Source: Flavobacteriales bacterium (lineage in GTDB: Bacteria > Bacteroidota > Bacteroidia > Flavobacteriales_D > CAJJDF01). From it: 64,000 nt of DNA. Position numbers and translations under genes: made by a program. The notes beneath the pieces were generated by a model. It was not told the origin of the DNA and did no database searches. It saw nothing but the letters and a program-made list of their open reading frames with translations. Shown here one piece after another: positions 27,901-36,515 of this stretch; within the stretch, counting starts at the first letter, position 1, and each line of letters begins with the position of its first letter. The stretch lies in contig JAHDBM010000002.1 in the NCBI GenBank assembly GCA_020630395.1, forward strand, positions 20,234-84,233, in the 5' to 3' direction.

Positions 27901-29661
27901 TCTAAGCAAAATTTTGAAGAAGCATTAACAATAAAACCAACCGAACAATATCCCAAAGATCAATTAGCTAAAATACAAGCCGAACTAGATGCCATTGCAG
28001 CAGAAAGAGCGAAGTATAAAAAAATGAGTGATGATTACTTCAAAACTGAAGCCGAAATATATGGTACTGAAGTTGATATGAATGAAGGGGATGCTATTGT
28101 GTTAATGAAAAACACCAAAGACAACAGAGAATATAGAAATTACTTAAAAGTAAGAAACTATGTAGACTCCATGAGAACTGTTGGCAAAAAAGAAAGAAAT
28201 TATAATACCAATACGACTTATTTATCTTTTAAAGATTATGAAAAGGTAAAGGAGTTAATCATGAAGGAACAAGGTGATAACGATATGTCTCGTGAAGCAG
28301 CTATAACTTCTTATGAACTGTTTAATAACTATTACGTTAGGGAAAAGCAAAAATTGGTAGAGACTGGTCTTTCTAAAAATTCCGAAATATCAAACGAATT
28401 AGATGTATTAAAAGAATCCTTAGGAGAAGATCACAAAGATGGTCAAGCATCAATAGAGCAAAATGCAAAACAATATGAGCGTTTAAACGACAGGTATTAT
28501 GATGAGAACAAAGAGGCTCAACTTGCTATGATCGATAAAAGCAGTGAGATCTATGACCAAACAACTCAATTAAAAGAATCTTTAGGAGAACAACATTTAG
28601 AAGGTCAGGCAGCAATAGAAGAAAATGCAGATAACTATGAAGCATTAAACAATCGTTTTGCTGACGAAAAGAATGACAAAAATCTTGAAATGATCGAGTT
28701 TCAAGGTGAAATAGCATTACAAATTGATGATCTAAAAGAAAAACTGATAACAGAATATGCAGATGGTCAATTTAGCATTGAACAAAATGCAAAAGAATAT
28801 GAAGCGTTAAATGATCGATTATTAGAACAGAAAAGCGAAGATCAATTAGCAATGATTGATAAAAACAGTGAAATATATGATCAAACTACTAGGCTAAAAG
28901 AAGAGATAGGTAAAAACCAATTAGAAGGACAAGCAGCAATAGAAGAAAATGCAGATAATTATGAGCGTTTAAATAATAGATTTGCTGATGAAAAACAAGA
29001 TCAACAAAACCAAAACATAGATAAAACAAGCGAGATATACGATCAAACTACAAACCTAAAAGATCAACTTCAAAAAAATCAAAATGATGGTCAAGAGAAG
29101 ATTGAAAAAAATGCCGAGGGTTATGAAAAGTATAACGATCAATTAACGAAGCTTCAGCAAAATCAAGTAGAGAGTCAAACTAGAGCCGGACAAGAGGTTG
29201 CGGCCGACATGGAAAGAGTTAAAGAAAAGGCTAGCAATATTCATAATGATGGAAATTTGGATATTGAAAAAAATGCTATTAAATATGAAAGCTTATCTGA
29301 TCGTTTAGCAAATGAAGATAAATTGAAAAAAGAGGAAAATACAGATAACTCTTACCGTAATGCTCAAGATTACGAATACAAAAAAGATAATTTAGATAAA
29401 CAACAATCGGATAATACAGTAAATGAGTTAGCATTAATGTTTCCTCAAGGCGTTACACAAAAAACATATCAAAGAAAGAACACTTACGGAGACGTCATTG
29501 AAGTAACCGTTAGACGAATAGTAGTAGATGGAAATAAAGGAGGAGATTATCGAAAAACGACTAACCGTAGTGGGACTTATTACTTTAAAAATGGACAACC
29601 CATTACCAGTTCTACTTGGGATATCGAAACATCAGGGAAAATTGTAAATAATGAAAAGTAG
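24937..29661 (+). CDS. Giant repeat protein: N-terminal carboxypeptidase-regulatory-like domain, about 14 TPR-like helical repeats, about 7 C-terminal coiled-coil-like repeats
   Basis: 1574 aa with a hydrophobic N-terminus VSLMLLVMCFYALSFSQ. FEGKITDASGKKLSGATVKIYRNGQEV..TGSNGRY is typical of CarboxypepD_reg-like folds. The rest is extremely Lys/Glu-rich and built of two repeat families (see repeat features). Confidence 0.8.
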   Translation: MITTINCKKVFINVSLMLLVMCFYALSFSQDPIMVFEGKITDASGKKLSGATVKIYRNGQEVSSSVTGSNGRYENYEAYYGYVYKVVVTKDGLVQKSVEIDAKENFFEEDVEEEIRVPIDVSMVKKEAGIDYSPIENQPVAKFHIDKNTGLLDIDYPFVNGRKKEIEDFFKRIAAEAKNKDKRFNELVKAGDKALKKKDYESAIKNWKSAIEIKEDDELLVKITDTEMLLDEVQGERKIQAKFDGLIKEGDDLLAGNKFDEAIAKYQEAQTVLPKDKLPKQKIQAVNDKRDNLEKDKIDKEYNDLMAQAETEIKAKEYTKAIETLTKAKGVKPKERTPDSKIKQINEIIAKEAKNKAQYDNLITTADGLFDAKDYKKAKENYEDALALISGEEHPTNRIAEIKTLLADQEKADQELKEKRDQYETLIKQADKELKSKDYTSAKDSYTKAAELFPDESYPKGKLTEIENLIAQSEAEYQQLIKDADKLVADKSYEDAIAKYESALNLKKQEAYPKQQIEKTKALLVEQKKNALDAEKTKQEYDRLIDDANKHFTAKNYNKAKETYKQASQLLPDEQYPKDQLSAIENALKELEDQYKKVIVTADAQMESGKFKDAITSYESALKMKDDQYPKDQIEKAKGLIADKEKEALNAQELEKKYADLKAQGDKELSNQNYNLAKEKYEEALRIKPDAKEPKKQIAFIDEMNRKRKERFDKYIAQADELFDGEKFEVSIEKYEEALWILPVEQYPKDQIEKARKKLEEAKNSELAEKEKEEKYKQLINKANASFNLEKYREAKSPYTEALTLKPAEQYPKDQLAIIEAKLKELEEKNAAAKKEADKERKYNQLIAQADKEYANDKFEIAKESYKKALEIKTDKYPENQIEKINKKLAQLTQDRELKKQYDKIIAVADKNFTSNEFTDAKELYNRAYKLYPYDEYPKRKILEIEKLEADIALRKKQKAEEEARNNIKYQKLIVLGDDNFGAKKWELSKQNFEEALTIKPTEQYPKDQLAKIQAELDAIAAERAKYKKMSDDYFKTEAEIYGTEVDMNEGDAIVLMKNTKDNREYRNYLKVRNYVDSMRTVGKKERNYNTNTTYLSFKDYEKVKELIMKEQGDNDMSREAAITSYELFNNYYVREKQKLVETGLSKNSEISNELDVLKESLGEDHKDGQASIEQNAKQYERLNDRYYDENKEAQLAMIDKSSEIYDQTTQLKESLGEQHLEGQAAIEENADNYEALNNRFADEKNDKNLEMIEFQGEIALQIDDLKEKLITEYADGQFSIEQNAKEYEALNDRLLEQKSEDQLAMIDKNSEIYDQTTRLKEEIGKNQLEGQAAIEENADNYERLNNRFADEKQDQQNQNIDKTSEIYDQTTNLKDQLQKNQNDGQEKIEKNAEGYEKYNDQLTKLQQNQVESQTRAGQEVAADMERVKEKASNIHNDGNLDIEKNAIKYESLSDRLANEDKLKKEENTDNSYRNAQDYEYKKDNLDKQQSDNTVNELALMFPQGVTQKTYQRKNTYGDVIEVTVRRIVVDGNKGGDYRKTTNRSGTYYFKNGQPITSSTWDIETSGKIVNNEK
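25480..28023 (+). repeat. About 14 tandem copies of a 55-68-aa helical (TPR-like) unit, consensus (K/Q)Y..LI..AD..F..K.Y..AKE.Y..AL.LKP.EQYPKDQI..I...L
   Basis: Parsed by eye from the translation. The YPKDQ(I/L) motif or close variants recur at regular spacing. Boundaries are approximate. Confidence 0.75.
28387..29322 (+). repeat. About 7 tandem copies of a roughly 48-aa unit, consensus IDK.SEIYDQTT.LKE.LG...LEGQAAIEENADNYE.LNNRFADEK
   Basis: Parsed by eye. The best-conserved copies are about 28518-28670 and about 28845-28996. Boundaries are approximate. Confidence 0.75.
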
Positions 29662-29709
29662 TTGTTGTTTATGGCGTAATTTTTGATGTTAAAATCAGAA
29701 ACATTTGTA

Positions 29710-30180
29710 ATGAAAACAATACTATTTACCCTACTAGCTTTACTATCATTTGGGCTTTCTTCTCAAACTTTTTCTTTATCTGATTCAACTTTAAAAAAAG
29801 GAGATGTATTAATTCTAGATGAATTACCCTTCGATTTTAATAAAGATAAAATCATAAAAAAAGCACAGCCTTTTTTAGATTCTTTAGTAGATTTCTTGGT
29901 GAAGCATGATAGTGTCAATATAGAAATAGGAAGACATTCAGATACTAGAGGAAACTATCAATATTATTCAAGATGCTTAAGTTGTAATAGAGCTAGTAAT
30001 ATAGCCAGGTACTTGATGTCAAAAGGGATAGCTAAATCTAGGTTAACCCATAAAGGATACAATGGGGATAGACCTTTAATATCGAATAAAGAGATAAAAG
30101 CATTAAAAACCGAAGAAGAAAAGGAAAAAGCACACCAAGTAAACAGAAGAACAGAGTTTAGAATTACTTCCGTTAAATAG
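29710..30180 (+). CDS. OmpA family (peptidoglycan-binding OmpA_C-like) protein
   Basis: ORF 29683..30180 trimmed to the ATG at 29710, giving the signal peptide MKTILFTLLALLSFGLSSQ. OmpA_C-like core FLDSLVDFLVKHDSVNIEIGRHSDTRGN...NRASNIARYLMSKGIAKSRL..KGYNGDRPL...NRRTEFRI. Confidence 0.75.
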   Translation: MKTILFTLLALLSFGLSSQTFSLSDSTLKKGDVLILDELPFDFNKDKIIKKAQPFLDSLVDFLVKHDSVNIEIGRHSDTRGNYQYYSRCLSCNRASNIARYLMSKGIAKSRLTHKGYNGDRPLISNKEIKALKTEEEKEKAHQVNRRTEFRITSVK

Positions 30181-30273
30181 TTGACTTTAGATTACGTAGT
30201 GCATTTGTTATAAATAATTGCCTTTTTTTTATTTAAAAACCTATTTTTACTTATCACTAATTCCCATTAAGCA

Positions 30274-32748
30274 ATGAAACATATTTTATTTGCCTTATCA
30301 GTATTGTTTTGTACTATTATTAACGCTCAAATTGAAGATCCCGTTTCATGGAGTTTTTCAGTAGAACAAAATGGAGAAGAAGCAACATTAATATCTACAG
30401 CTACTATTGAAGAAGGATGGCATGTGTATGCTCAAGTATTAGAAAGCGATCAAGGTCCGGTTGCTACTGAGTTTACGTTTAAACCTAATGTGGGATATGC
30501 TTTAAATGGCAAAAACGAAGAATCAGAAACACATCAAGAATACGATAAAAATTTCGAAATGAACTTATCCTTTTTTGAGGATAAAGCTGTGTTCAAACAA
30601 AAAATTAATGTAACATCTGCAACAGATTTTAAGATAGATGGTAACGTTTATTTTATGGTGTGTAATGATGAAAAATGTTTACCACCAACTGAAGAAGAGT
30701 TTTCATTTGATATAAAAGGAGTTTCGGGTGAATCTACAGAGTCGGTTCTTCAAGAAGGTTTACCTGCAGAAGAAATGTTGGAAGGAAATGTAGGTGACCA
30801 AGATAGCGAGTCTACTGGTATTTTTGATCCGGTAAAATGGACTTTTACGACTAATAAAATATCTGATACTGAATATGATGTAGTTGCAACAGCCGCCATA
30901 GAAGAACACTGGCATGTATATGCAACAAAATTAGAGAGTGATGATGGACCAAACAAAACGGAGTTTATTGTAAATGAAAATGAAGCATTCGAGTTAGTTG
31001 GCGAACTAAAAGAAGAGGGAAGTATAATTAGCAAATACGATAAAGGGTTCGATATGGAAACCCAGTATTATGCTAACTCCATGATCGTTAAACAAAGAAT
31101 TAAACTTAAAGACCCAAGTAGTAATCCTATTGCAATAGGAGAAGTATATTTTCAAACATGTGATGAAGAAAAATGTTTACCTCCTACAGCTATTCCTTAC
31201 AAGATAAATGTTAAAACGGGAGGAACAGTTGAAGATGAAATTGAAAACTCATCTAGTAATTCTTCAGAAGAATGTGAGCCAAAAAAATTTGAGGGTAATG
31301 AATCTACTCAAGAAAAAGAAGGTTTGGGAGGAATGTTTATTTTAGCCTTTTTGTTTGGGTTAACTACTTTGTTAACTCCTTGTGTTTTCCCAATGATTCC
31401 AATGACGGTATCTTTTTTTATTAAAGATAAAGGTAAGGGTATTCGAAATGCCTTAATTTATGGTTTATCAATCATTCTTATTTATACTTTGATAGGGACA
31501 TTGGTATCAGTGTTTTTTGGAGCCTCATTTTCTAATTGGTTAGCTACACATTGGTTTCCAAATACATTGTTTTTTGTTGTTTTTGTTGTTTTTGCAGCTT
31601 CCTTTTTTGGAATGTTTGAAATTACAATGCCTTCATGGATTGTAAGCAAAGCTGATAAGGGAGCAGATAGAGGAGGACTTATAGGTGTGTTTTTTATGGC
31701 ATTAACTTTAGTAGTTGTTTCTTTTTCATGTACTGGGCCAATAGTAGGAATTATATTAATTGATGCATCACAAGGTGCCGTATTAGAACCAATGATTGGA
31801 ATGTTAGGCTTTTCTTTAGCTTTTGCTCTCCCGTTTACTTTGTTTGCTGTATTCCCATCATTGTTAAATAAGTTGCCTCAGTCAGGAGGATGGTTGAATT
31901 CAGTTAAAGTGGTTTTAGGATTTTTGGAATTAGCATTAGCTTTAAAGTTTTTAAGTATAGCTGACTTAACGTATCACTGGGGTCTATTAGATAGACATAT
32001 ATTTATTGCACTATGGATAGTTATTTTTGGGTTGTTAGGGGTTTATTTATTAGGTAAAATTAAATTTTCGCATGATAGCGACTTACCATTTTTAAAAGTG
32101 CCTAGATTGCTTTTTGCAATTTTGGTGTTTTCTTTTACGATTTATTTGATTCCTGGTTTATTTGGCTCGCCATTAAAACTTCTAGCAGGATATCTGCCCC
32201 CTATGTCAACTCATGAGTTTAATTTAATTGGAGCAATTGAGGAAGAAGAAGGTTTAGCTTGTGAAACAAATACTTTGTATTCTGATTTTTTACATCTTCC
32301 ACACAAGATAAAAGGTTATTATACATATGAAGAAGCAATAGCATGTGCTAAATCACAAGAAAAACCATTGTTTATAGATTTTACTGGTCATGGGTGCCCA
32401 AATTGCAGAAAAATGGAAGCTTCTGTTTGGACTGATTCTAGAGTGATGAGATTGCTTAAAGAAGAGTTTGTAGTTGTTGCATTGTATTGTGATGATAAAA
32501 CTGAACTGCCTGAAGATGAATGGTACGAATCAAAATTTGATGGGAGATTAAAAAAGACAATTGGAGATAAAAATTTAGATTTTCAAATATGTGCCTTTAA
32601 TAATAATGCACAGCCTCTTTATGTGCTGTTAGATAATAATGAAGAGCTATGTGCTCCTACTATTGGAGCTGAATGGGACGCAAATGTTTTTTATGAGCAT
32701 TTGAAAAAAGGGTTAGATGTATTTAATGCTAGAAAACTAAAAGAATAA
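30274..32748 (+). CDS. dsbD: Protein-disulfide reductase DsbD family protein with duplicated N-terminal domain and C-terminal thioredoxin domain
   Basis: 824 aa. Two N-terminal copies of ...DPV.W.F......E......A.IEE.WHVYA..LESD.GP..TEF... each end in C(N/D)(D/E)EKCLPP. The membrane core has LTPCVFPMIPMTVSFF. The C-terminal thioredoxin motif is GHGCPNCRKME. Confidence 0.85.
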   Translation: MKHILFALSVLFCTIINAQIEDPVSWSFSVEQNGEEATLISTATIEEGWHVYAQVLESDQGPVATEFTFKPNVGYALNGKNEESETHQEYDKNFEMNLSFFEDKAVFKQKINVTSATDFKIDGNVYFMVCNDEKCLPPTEEEFSFDIKGVSGESTESVLQEGLPAEEMLEGNVGDQDSESTGIFDPVKWTFTTNKISDTEYDVVATAAIEEHWHVYATKLESDDGPNKTEFIVNENEAFELVGELKEEGSIISKYDKGFDMETQYYANSMIVKQRIKLKDPSSNPIAIGEVYFQTCDEEKCLPPTAIPYKINVKTGGTVEDEIENSSSNSSEECEPKKFEGNESTQEKEGLGGMFILAFLFGLTTLLTPCVFPMIPMTVSFFIKDKGKGIRNALIYGLSIILIYTLIGTLVSVFFGASFSNWLATHWFPNTLFFVVFVVFAASFFGMFEITMPSWIVSKADKGADRGGLIGVFFMALTLVVVSFSCTGPIVGIILIDASQGAVLEPMIGMLGFSLAFALPFTLFAVFPSLLNKLPQSGGWLNSVKVVLGFLELALALKFLSIADLTYHWGLLDRHIFIALWIVIFGLLGVYLLGKIKFSHDSDLPFLKVPRLLFAILVFSFTIYLIPGLFGSPLKLLAGYLPPMSTHEFNLIGAIEEEEGLACETNTLYSDFLHLPHKIKGYYTYEEAIACAKSQEKPLFIDFTGHGCPNCRKMEASVWTDSRVMRLLKEEFVVVALYCDDKTELPEDEWYESKFDGRLKKTIGDKNLDFQICAFNNNAQPLYVLLDNNEELCAPTIGAEWDANVFYEHLKKGLDVFNARKLKE

Positions 32749-32760
32749 CGAGACAATTCA

Positions 32761-34083
32761 ATGATCAATAAAACATTTTTATTATGTGCAGTTGCATGTG
32801 CATCTTTCCTGTTATTACAAGTTAATACAGGATGTGGAGCAAAGGAAGAGGAAGAAGTAGTGGAACAAAAGGATACCCTAGTGCCTAATATGGCTTATGG
32901 GTTCGATTTAAACAACTATGAAGTGTATTATGATACAGTTCAGCCCAATTGGACTTTAAGTCATTTATTTATGGCTTACAATGTTTCTCAAGCTCAAATT
33001 AACGAAGCTTATGAGTTGTCTCGAGATAGTGCGAAACTAAATTACATAGATAAAGATAAGGTGTGCATAATGTTATGTCGTAAAGACAGTGATACACTAA
33101 AAGATGTGGAGCACGCCATTTATGTAAAAAACCTAGTAGATTATTATGTATTTAGTTTTAGCGATACCGTAATTGAAGTTGCACATAGAGAAAAGAAAAT
33201 AGATACCACCATTAAGCAAATAGGGGCTAAAATAAAACAAGGAGGTAATTTATCGTTTGCCATAAGTCGAGAAGTTGAAGATAACAATATCAGCTATCCA
33301 TTAGTTGATGAAATTGCTGGAGTATATTCCTGGTCAATAGATTTCTTCCACCTTCAACCAAATGATAAATTAAAAATTATATACGAAGAACGTAGCGTAG
33401 AAGGACAAAAAATAGGAATAGGTAAAATAAGATCTATTTTGTTTAATCATAACGATCATGATTTTTATGCATTTCGATATCAAGTAGATTCTGCTGAGGC
33501 ATATTATAATGAACAAGGTAAAGGAATGAAATCTATGTTCCTTTCTGCACCATTAAAGTATACACGAATAAGTTCAGGCTATAATTTAAGAAGATATATT
33601 AAACTATATGGTAGAATTAAACCTCATTTAGGAACAGATTATGCGGCACCAAGAGGAACTCCAATTTGGACTACTGCTAATGGAGTTGTATCAAGAAAAG
33701 GGTATAACAGAGGGAATGGAAATTTTATTAAAGTAAAGCATAACGAACAGTATTCAACCCAATACTTACACATGTCTAAATTTGCCGAAGGCATTAAAGT
33801 AGGGCAATATGTAGAACAAGGAGAAGTTATTGGTTATGTAGGAAGTACAGGAGCATCTACAGGTCCGCATGTATGTTATCGTTTTTGGAAAGATGGTAAA
33901 CAAGTAGACTCTCGAAAGCAAAAATTCGAAAATGCGCAACCAATGGACTCCACTCATTTACCAGCTTATATGGAATTTATGGATTCAGTAAAACTAGATT
34001 TAGATAAAATAGAATACCCAGTTTTTATTATCGACTCAACAGAAGGTGTTGATACATTAATGCTGGATTCTCTTATGGATTAA
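32761..34083 (+). CDS. M23 family metallopeptidase
   Basis: HLGTDYAAPRGTPIWTTANGVV (HxxxD), QYLHMSKF and GYVGSTGASTGPHVCYRF. Confidence 0.85.
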   Translation: MINKTFLLCAVACASFLLLQVNTGCGAKEEEEVVEQKDTLVPNMAYGFDLNNYEVYYDTVQPNWTLSHLFMAYNVSQAQINEAYELSRDSAKLNYIDKDKVCIMLCRKDSDTLKDVEHAIYVKNLVDYYVFSFSDTVIEVAHREKKIDTTIKQIGAKIKQGGNLSFAISREVEDNNISYPLVDEIAGVYSWSIDFFHLQPNDKLKIIYEERSVEGQKIGIGKIRSILFNHNDHDFYAFRYQVDSAEAYYNEQGKGMKSMFLSAPLKYTRISSGYNLRRYIKLYGRIKPHLGTDYAAPRGTPIWTTANGVVSRKGYNRGNGNFIKVKHNEQYSTQYLHMSKFAEGIKVGQYVEQGEVIGYVGSTGASTGPHVCYRFWKDGKQVDSRKQKFENAQPMDSTHLPAYMEFMDSVKLDLDKIEYPVFIIDSTEGVDTLMLDSLMD

Positions 34084-34961
34084 TGATGATTAAATGGGTT
34101 AACATAAGTGTTTTCTTTGTTTTGCTTTCTCTGTGTACCATAACAAGCAAAGCACAAACCACTTGTGATACCTTAACCTATGCATTTTTTGGACATACTT
34201 ATGATTGGCGTGCTTCTGGAGGAAAAGTAGATGCAAGAATCGCATCAATAGACATGAGCCAATTTGATGGGATATGGCTTGGAGGAGATGTATGCTCAGA
34301 GTCAACTTTAAAATATTCTACACTACAGCATATTGATAGCATTTTTGATTTAGGAAGTGATCATACTCACTGGGCATTAGGAAATCATGATACGCGAAAT
34401 ACAAATCTGGAATGGATTGAGGAATTTACCAACAAACCAAGATATTATGCCACTAGCAAAAATGGATTAACCATTATGGTAATGGATGGAAATATATCAC
34501 CACTAGATTGTGAAAACCTCAATAAACAATATGAAATCATTAAACAGGTGTGTGATACCATTCAAACTGGAACGTTAATTTTTTTAGCACACCATGGAGT
34601 GTATGAAAATGTACCAGGAGTAGCTAACCCAGATACTTATGGACATTCAAGATTAAGAAAATGGAACCCTAATTGTTATCATGATTCTACTACATATTTA
34701 AATACGATTTATCCTATGTTAGTGGATGTTGAGGCTAAAGGAGTTGATGTGGTTCATATTATGGGAGATGTAGGAGCTGGGCCTAAATCTTTTATTGGAA
34801 TATCTAATGATAGTATTCAATATTTTGGCTCGGGAGTTAACAATACTAAAAATTTAAGTTTAGGGCAGCCCATTACTAACCCCGACTTAGCTTTAATATT
34901 AAAGTATTGTCCAACAACTCATTCGTTAAATTGGATTTTTAGAAAAATTACGGATTTATAA
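34083..34961 (+). CDS. Putative metallophosphoesterase, secreted
   Basis: The ATG overlaps the upstream TAA by 1 nt. It has a signal peptide and the motifs WLGGDV, WALGNHDTRN, LAHHG and HIMGDVG, which resemble calcineurin-like phosphoesterase blocks. Confidence 0.5.
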   Translation: MMIKWVNISVFFVLLSLCTITSKAQTTCDTLTYAFFGHTYDWRASGGKVDARIASIDMSQFDGIWLGGDVCSESTLKYSTLQHIDSIFDLGSDHTHWALGNHDTRNTNLEWIEEFTNKPRYYATSKNGLTIMVMDGNISPLDCENLNKQYEIIKQVCDTIQTGTLIFLAHHGVYENVPGVANPDTYGHSRLRKWNPNCYHDSTTYLNTIYPMLVDVEAKGVDVVHIMGDVGAGPKSFIGISNDSIQYFGSGVNNTKNLSLGQPITNPDLALILKYCPTTHSLNWIFRKITDL

Positions 34962-36513
34962 TAAGTTTACCAGTAACTATTTTCTCTTCCCACTGAATTT
35001 TATAGAGATATATTCCAGCAGGATAATTTACATTGATTGTGTTATTTCCTATACTACTTAAGAAAGTGTTAGTATATATAATTTTCCCGTTTATATCTAA
35101 AATTGATACAGTGGTTTCTTTACCAGTTTCAGCATCAGGAAATCGTAAATGAAAAGTATTAGAAGCTGGATTAGGATAAACAAGTAATTCATTAAACAAA
35201 GGCTTAAAATTTGGCGTTTCATCTAGTATCTTAATTACATTCCCATCATTATCCGATTTAATAAATAAAATTTGTTTCTTTTTATTAGCTGATGATAAAG
35301 TTCCAATAATGACAATCTCATTATTAGCCGTAAATTTACCTATCAAACCTTCTTGCGAATCTTCAATTCCATACGTTTTTTCCCAAAGTATATTTCCAGC
35401 CGAATCAAGTTTAGTGTAGTACACTTGAGAAGAGCTATCACTTGAAAAACTATTAGATGCTCCTGTTATAAGTAAGTCATAATCATCATTAACTGCCAAA
35501 GAATTACCGTATTCATAGCCTAGACCTCCGTACTGTTTTTTCCATATTAGTACACCAGCAGTATCTAATTTTCTTAAGGTAATATCAAAACTATTTGTAC
35601 TGGAATCCATAGAAGAACCAACTATATAAATTGATTCATCAATATATTGTAATGCAGATGCAAAGTCATATCCGTTAAGCCCATATATTTTTCTCCAAAC
35701 TTCATTACCGTTTTTATCAGTTTTAATTAACACAACATCCGATTTAGAATTGGTAATATATTCTGATGAGTTTGATGTTTTAGAGAAAAAAGAATTCGTT
35801 TCTGCTAACACCATAAAAGAAGAATCGGGGAGTTGAATAATATCTTTACCCAAATCTTTAGCGGCTATATCATAAAATTTTTCCCAAACCAAAACGCCAT
35901 TTTCATTTAGTTTTCTAAGAAAAACAGAACCTAAATTTCCTTCATCTCTATTAAGGCCTGTTATAATAATTCCGTTATCATTGGTTTCTTTAATGCTATA
36001 GGCATGGTCATTATGCGCACCACCAAAAAAAGATAACCACATTTTATTGTGGTTTTGATCATATTTTACAACCCCTATATCGGTTCTTCCTGATGGTTTT
36101 ACATCCCATGAGTTAATTAGTGTAACATATCCGCCATCATTGGTTTTAGCAATACCAGCTCCAAAATCTTGATGAGGATATCCAACATAATGTGATTCAG
36201 TAGTATTAAAATCCTCATCTATTTCAGAAATAATAGCATCTGAGCTTCCTTCACCAAAACTTCTAGTATTTCCAATTAAAACAAACTTATTGTTATGTTC
36301 AAGAAAAGAAACCCCTTCATCATTTTCATTTCCACCAAAATATTGAGAAGTTAATGGAGAATAAAAAAAACAAAATAAAAATAGTATAGCAGCAGTTTTT
36401 ATAACATAAATGCTTGAAAATAAATTATAGCGGGTTAAAGAAATGAAATTAAAAATGGTTTTGCTAGTTTTGTTTGTTACTATTGACACATGATTAGATA
36501 TAAAAATAAGCAA
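34948..36513 (-). CDS. T9SS cargo protein with about 7 beta-propeller-like repeats and type A CTD (start codon uncertain)
   Basis: Repeating roughly 55-aa unit G...D.G.SI..T.DGG.I..G.T.S......D...+K.D..GN..W.K.YG. CTD LLVYPNPASNTFHL...GIYLYKIQ...KLIINP. The signal-peptide-like stretch (AAILFLFCFFYSPLTSQ) starts only about 40 codons after the TTG at 36513. An in-frame GTG lies at 36489 and there is no in-frame ATG nearby. Confidence 0.7.
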   Translation of the reverse strand: MLIFISNHVSIVTNKTSKTIFNFISLTRYNLFSSIYVIKTAAILFLFCFFYSPLTSQYFGGNENDEGVSFLEHNNKFVLIGNTRSFGEGSSDAIISEIDEDFNTTESHYVGYPHQDFGAGIAKTNDGGYVTLINSWDVKPSGRTDIGVVKYDQNHNKMWLSFFGGAHNDHAYSIKETNDNGIIITGLNRDEGNLGSVFLRKLNENGVLVWEKFYDIAAKDLGKDIIQLPDSSFMVLAETNSFFSKTSNSSEYITNSKSDVVLIKTDKNGNEVWRKIYGLNGYDFASALQYIDESIYIVGSSMDSSTNSFDITLRKLDTAGVLIWKKQYGGLGYEYGNSLAVNDDYDLLITGASNSFSSDSSSQVYYTKLDSAGNILWEKTYGIEDSQEGLIGKFTANNEIVIIGTLSSANKKKQILFIKSDNDGNVIKILDETPNFKPLFNELLVYPNPASNTFHLRFPDAETGKETTVSILDINGKIIYTNTFLSSIGNNTINVNYPAGIYLYKIQWEEKIVTGKLIINP

Positions 36514-36515
36514 AA

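Noticed and set aside
34948-34961. Convergent genes overlapping at their 3' ends (34948..34961, 14 bp; also 61924..61927, 4 bp) with no terminator hairpin between them.
   Set aside because: This is real in the sequence but is most simply explained by genome compaction. I found no conserved structure or extra ORF to suggest a specific antisense-regulation mechanism.
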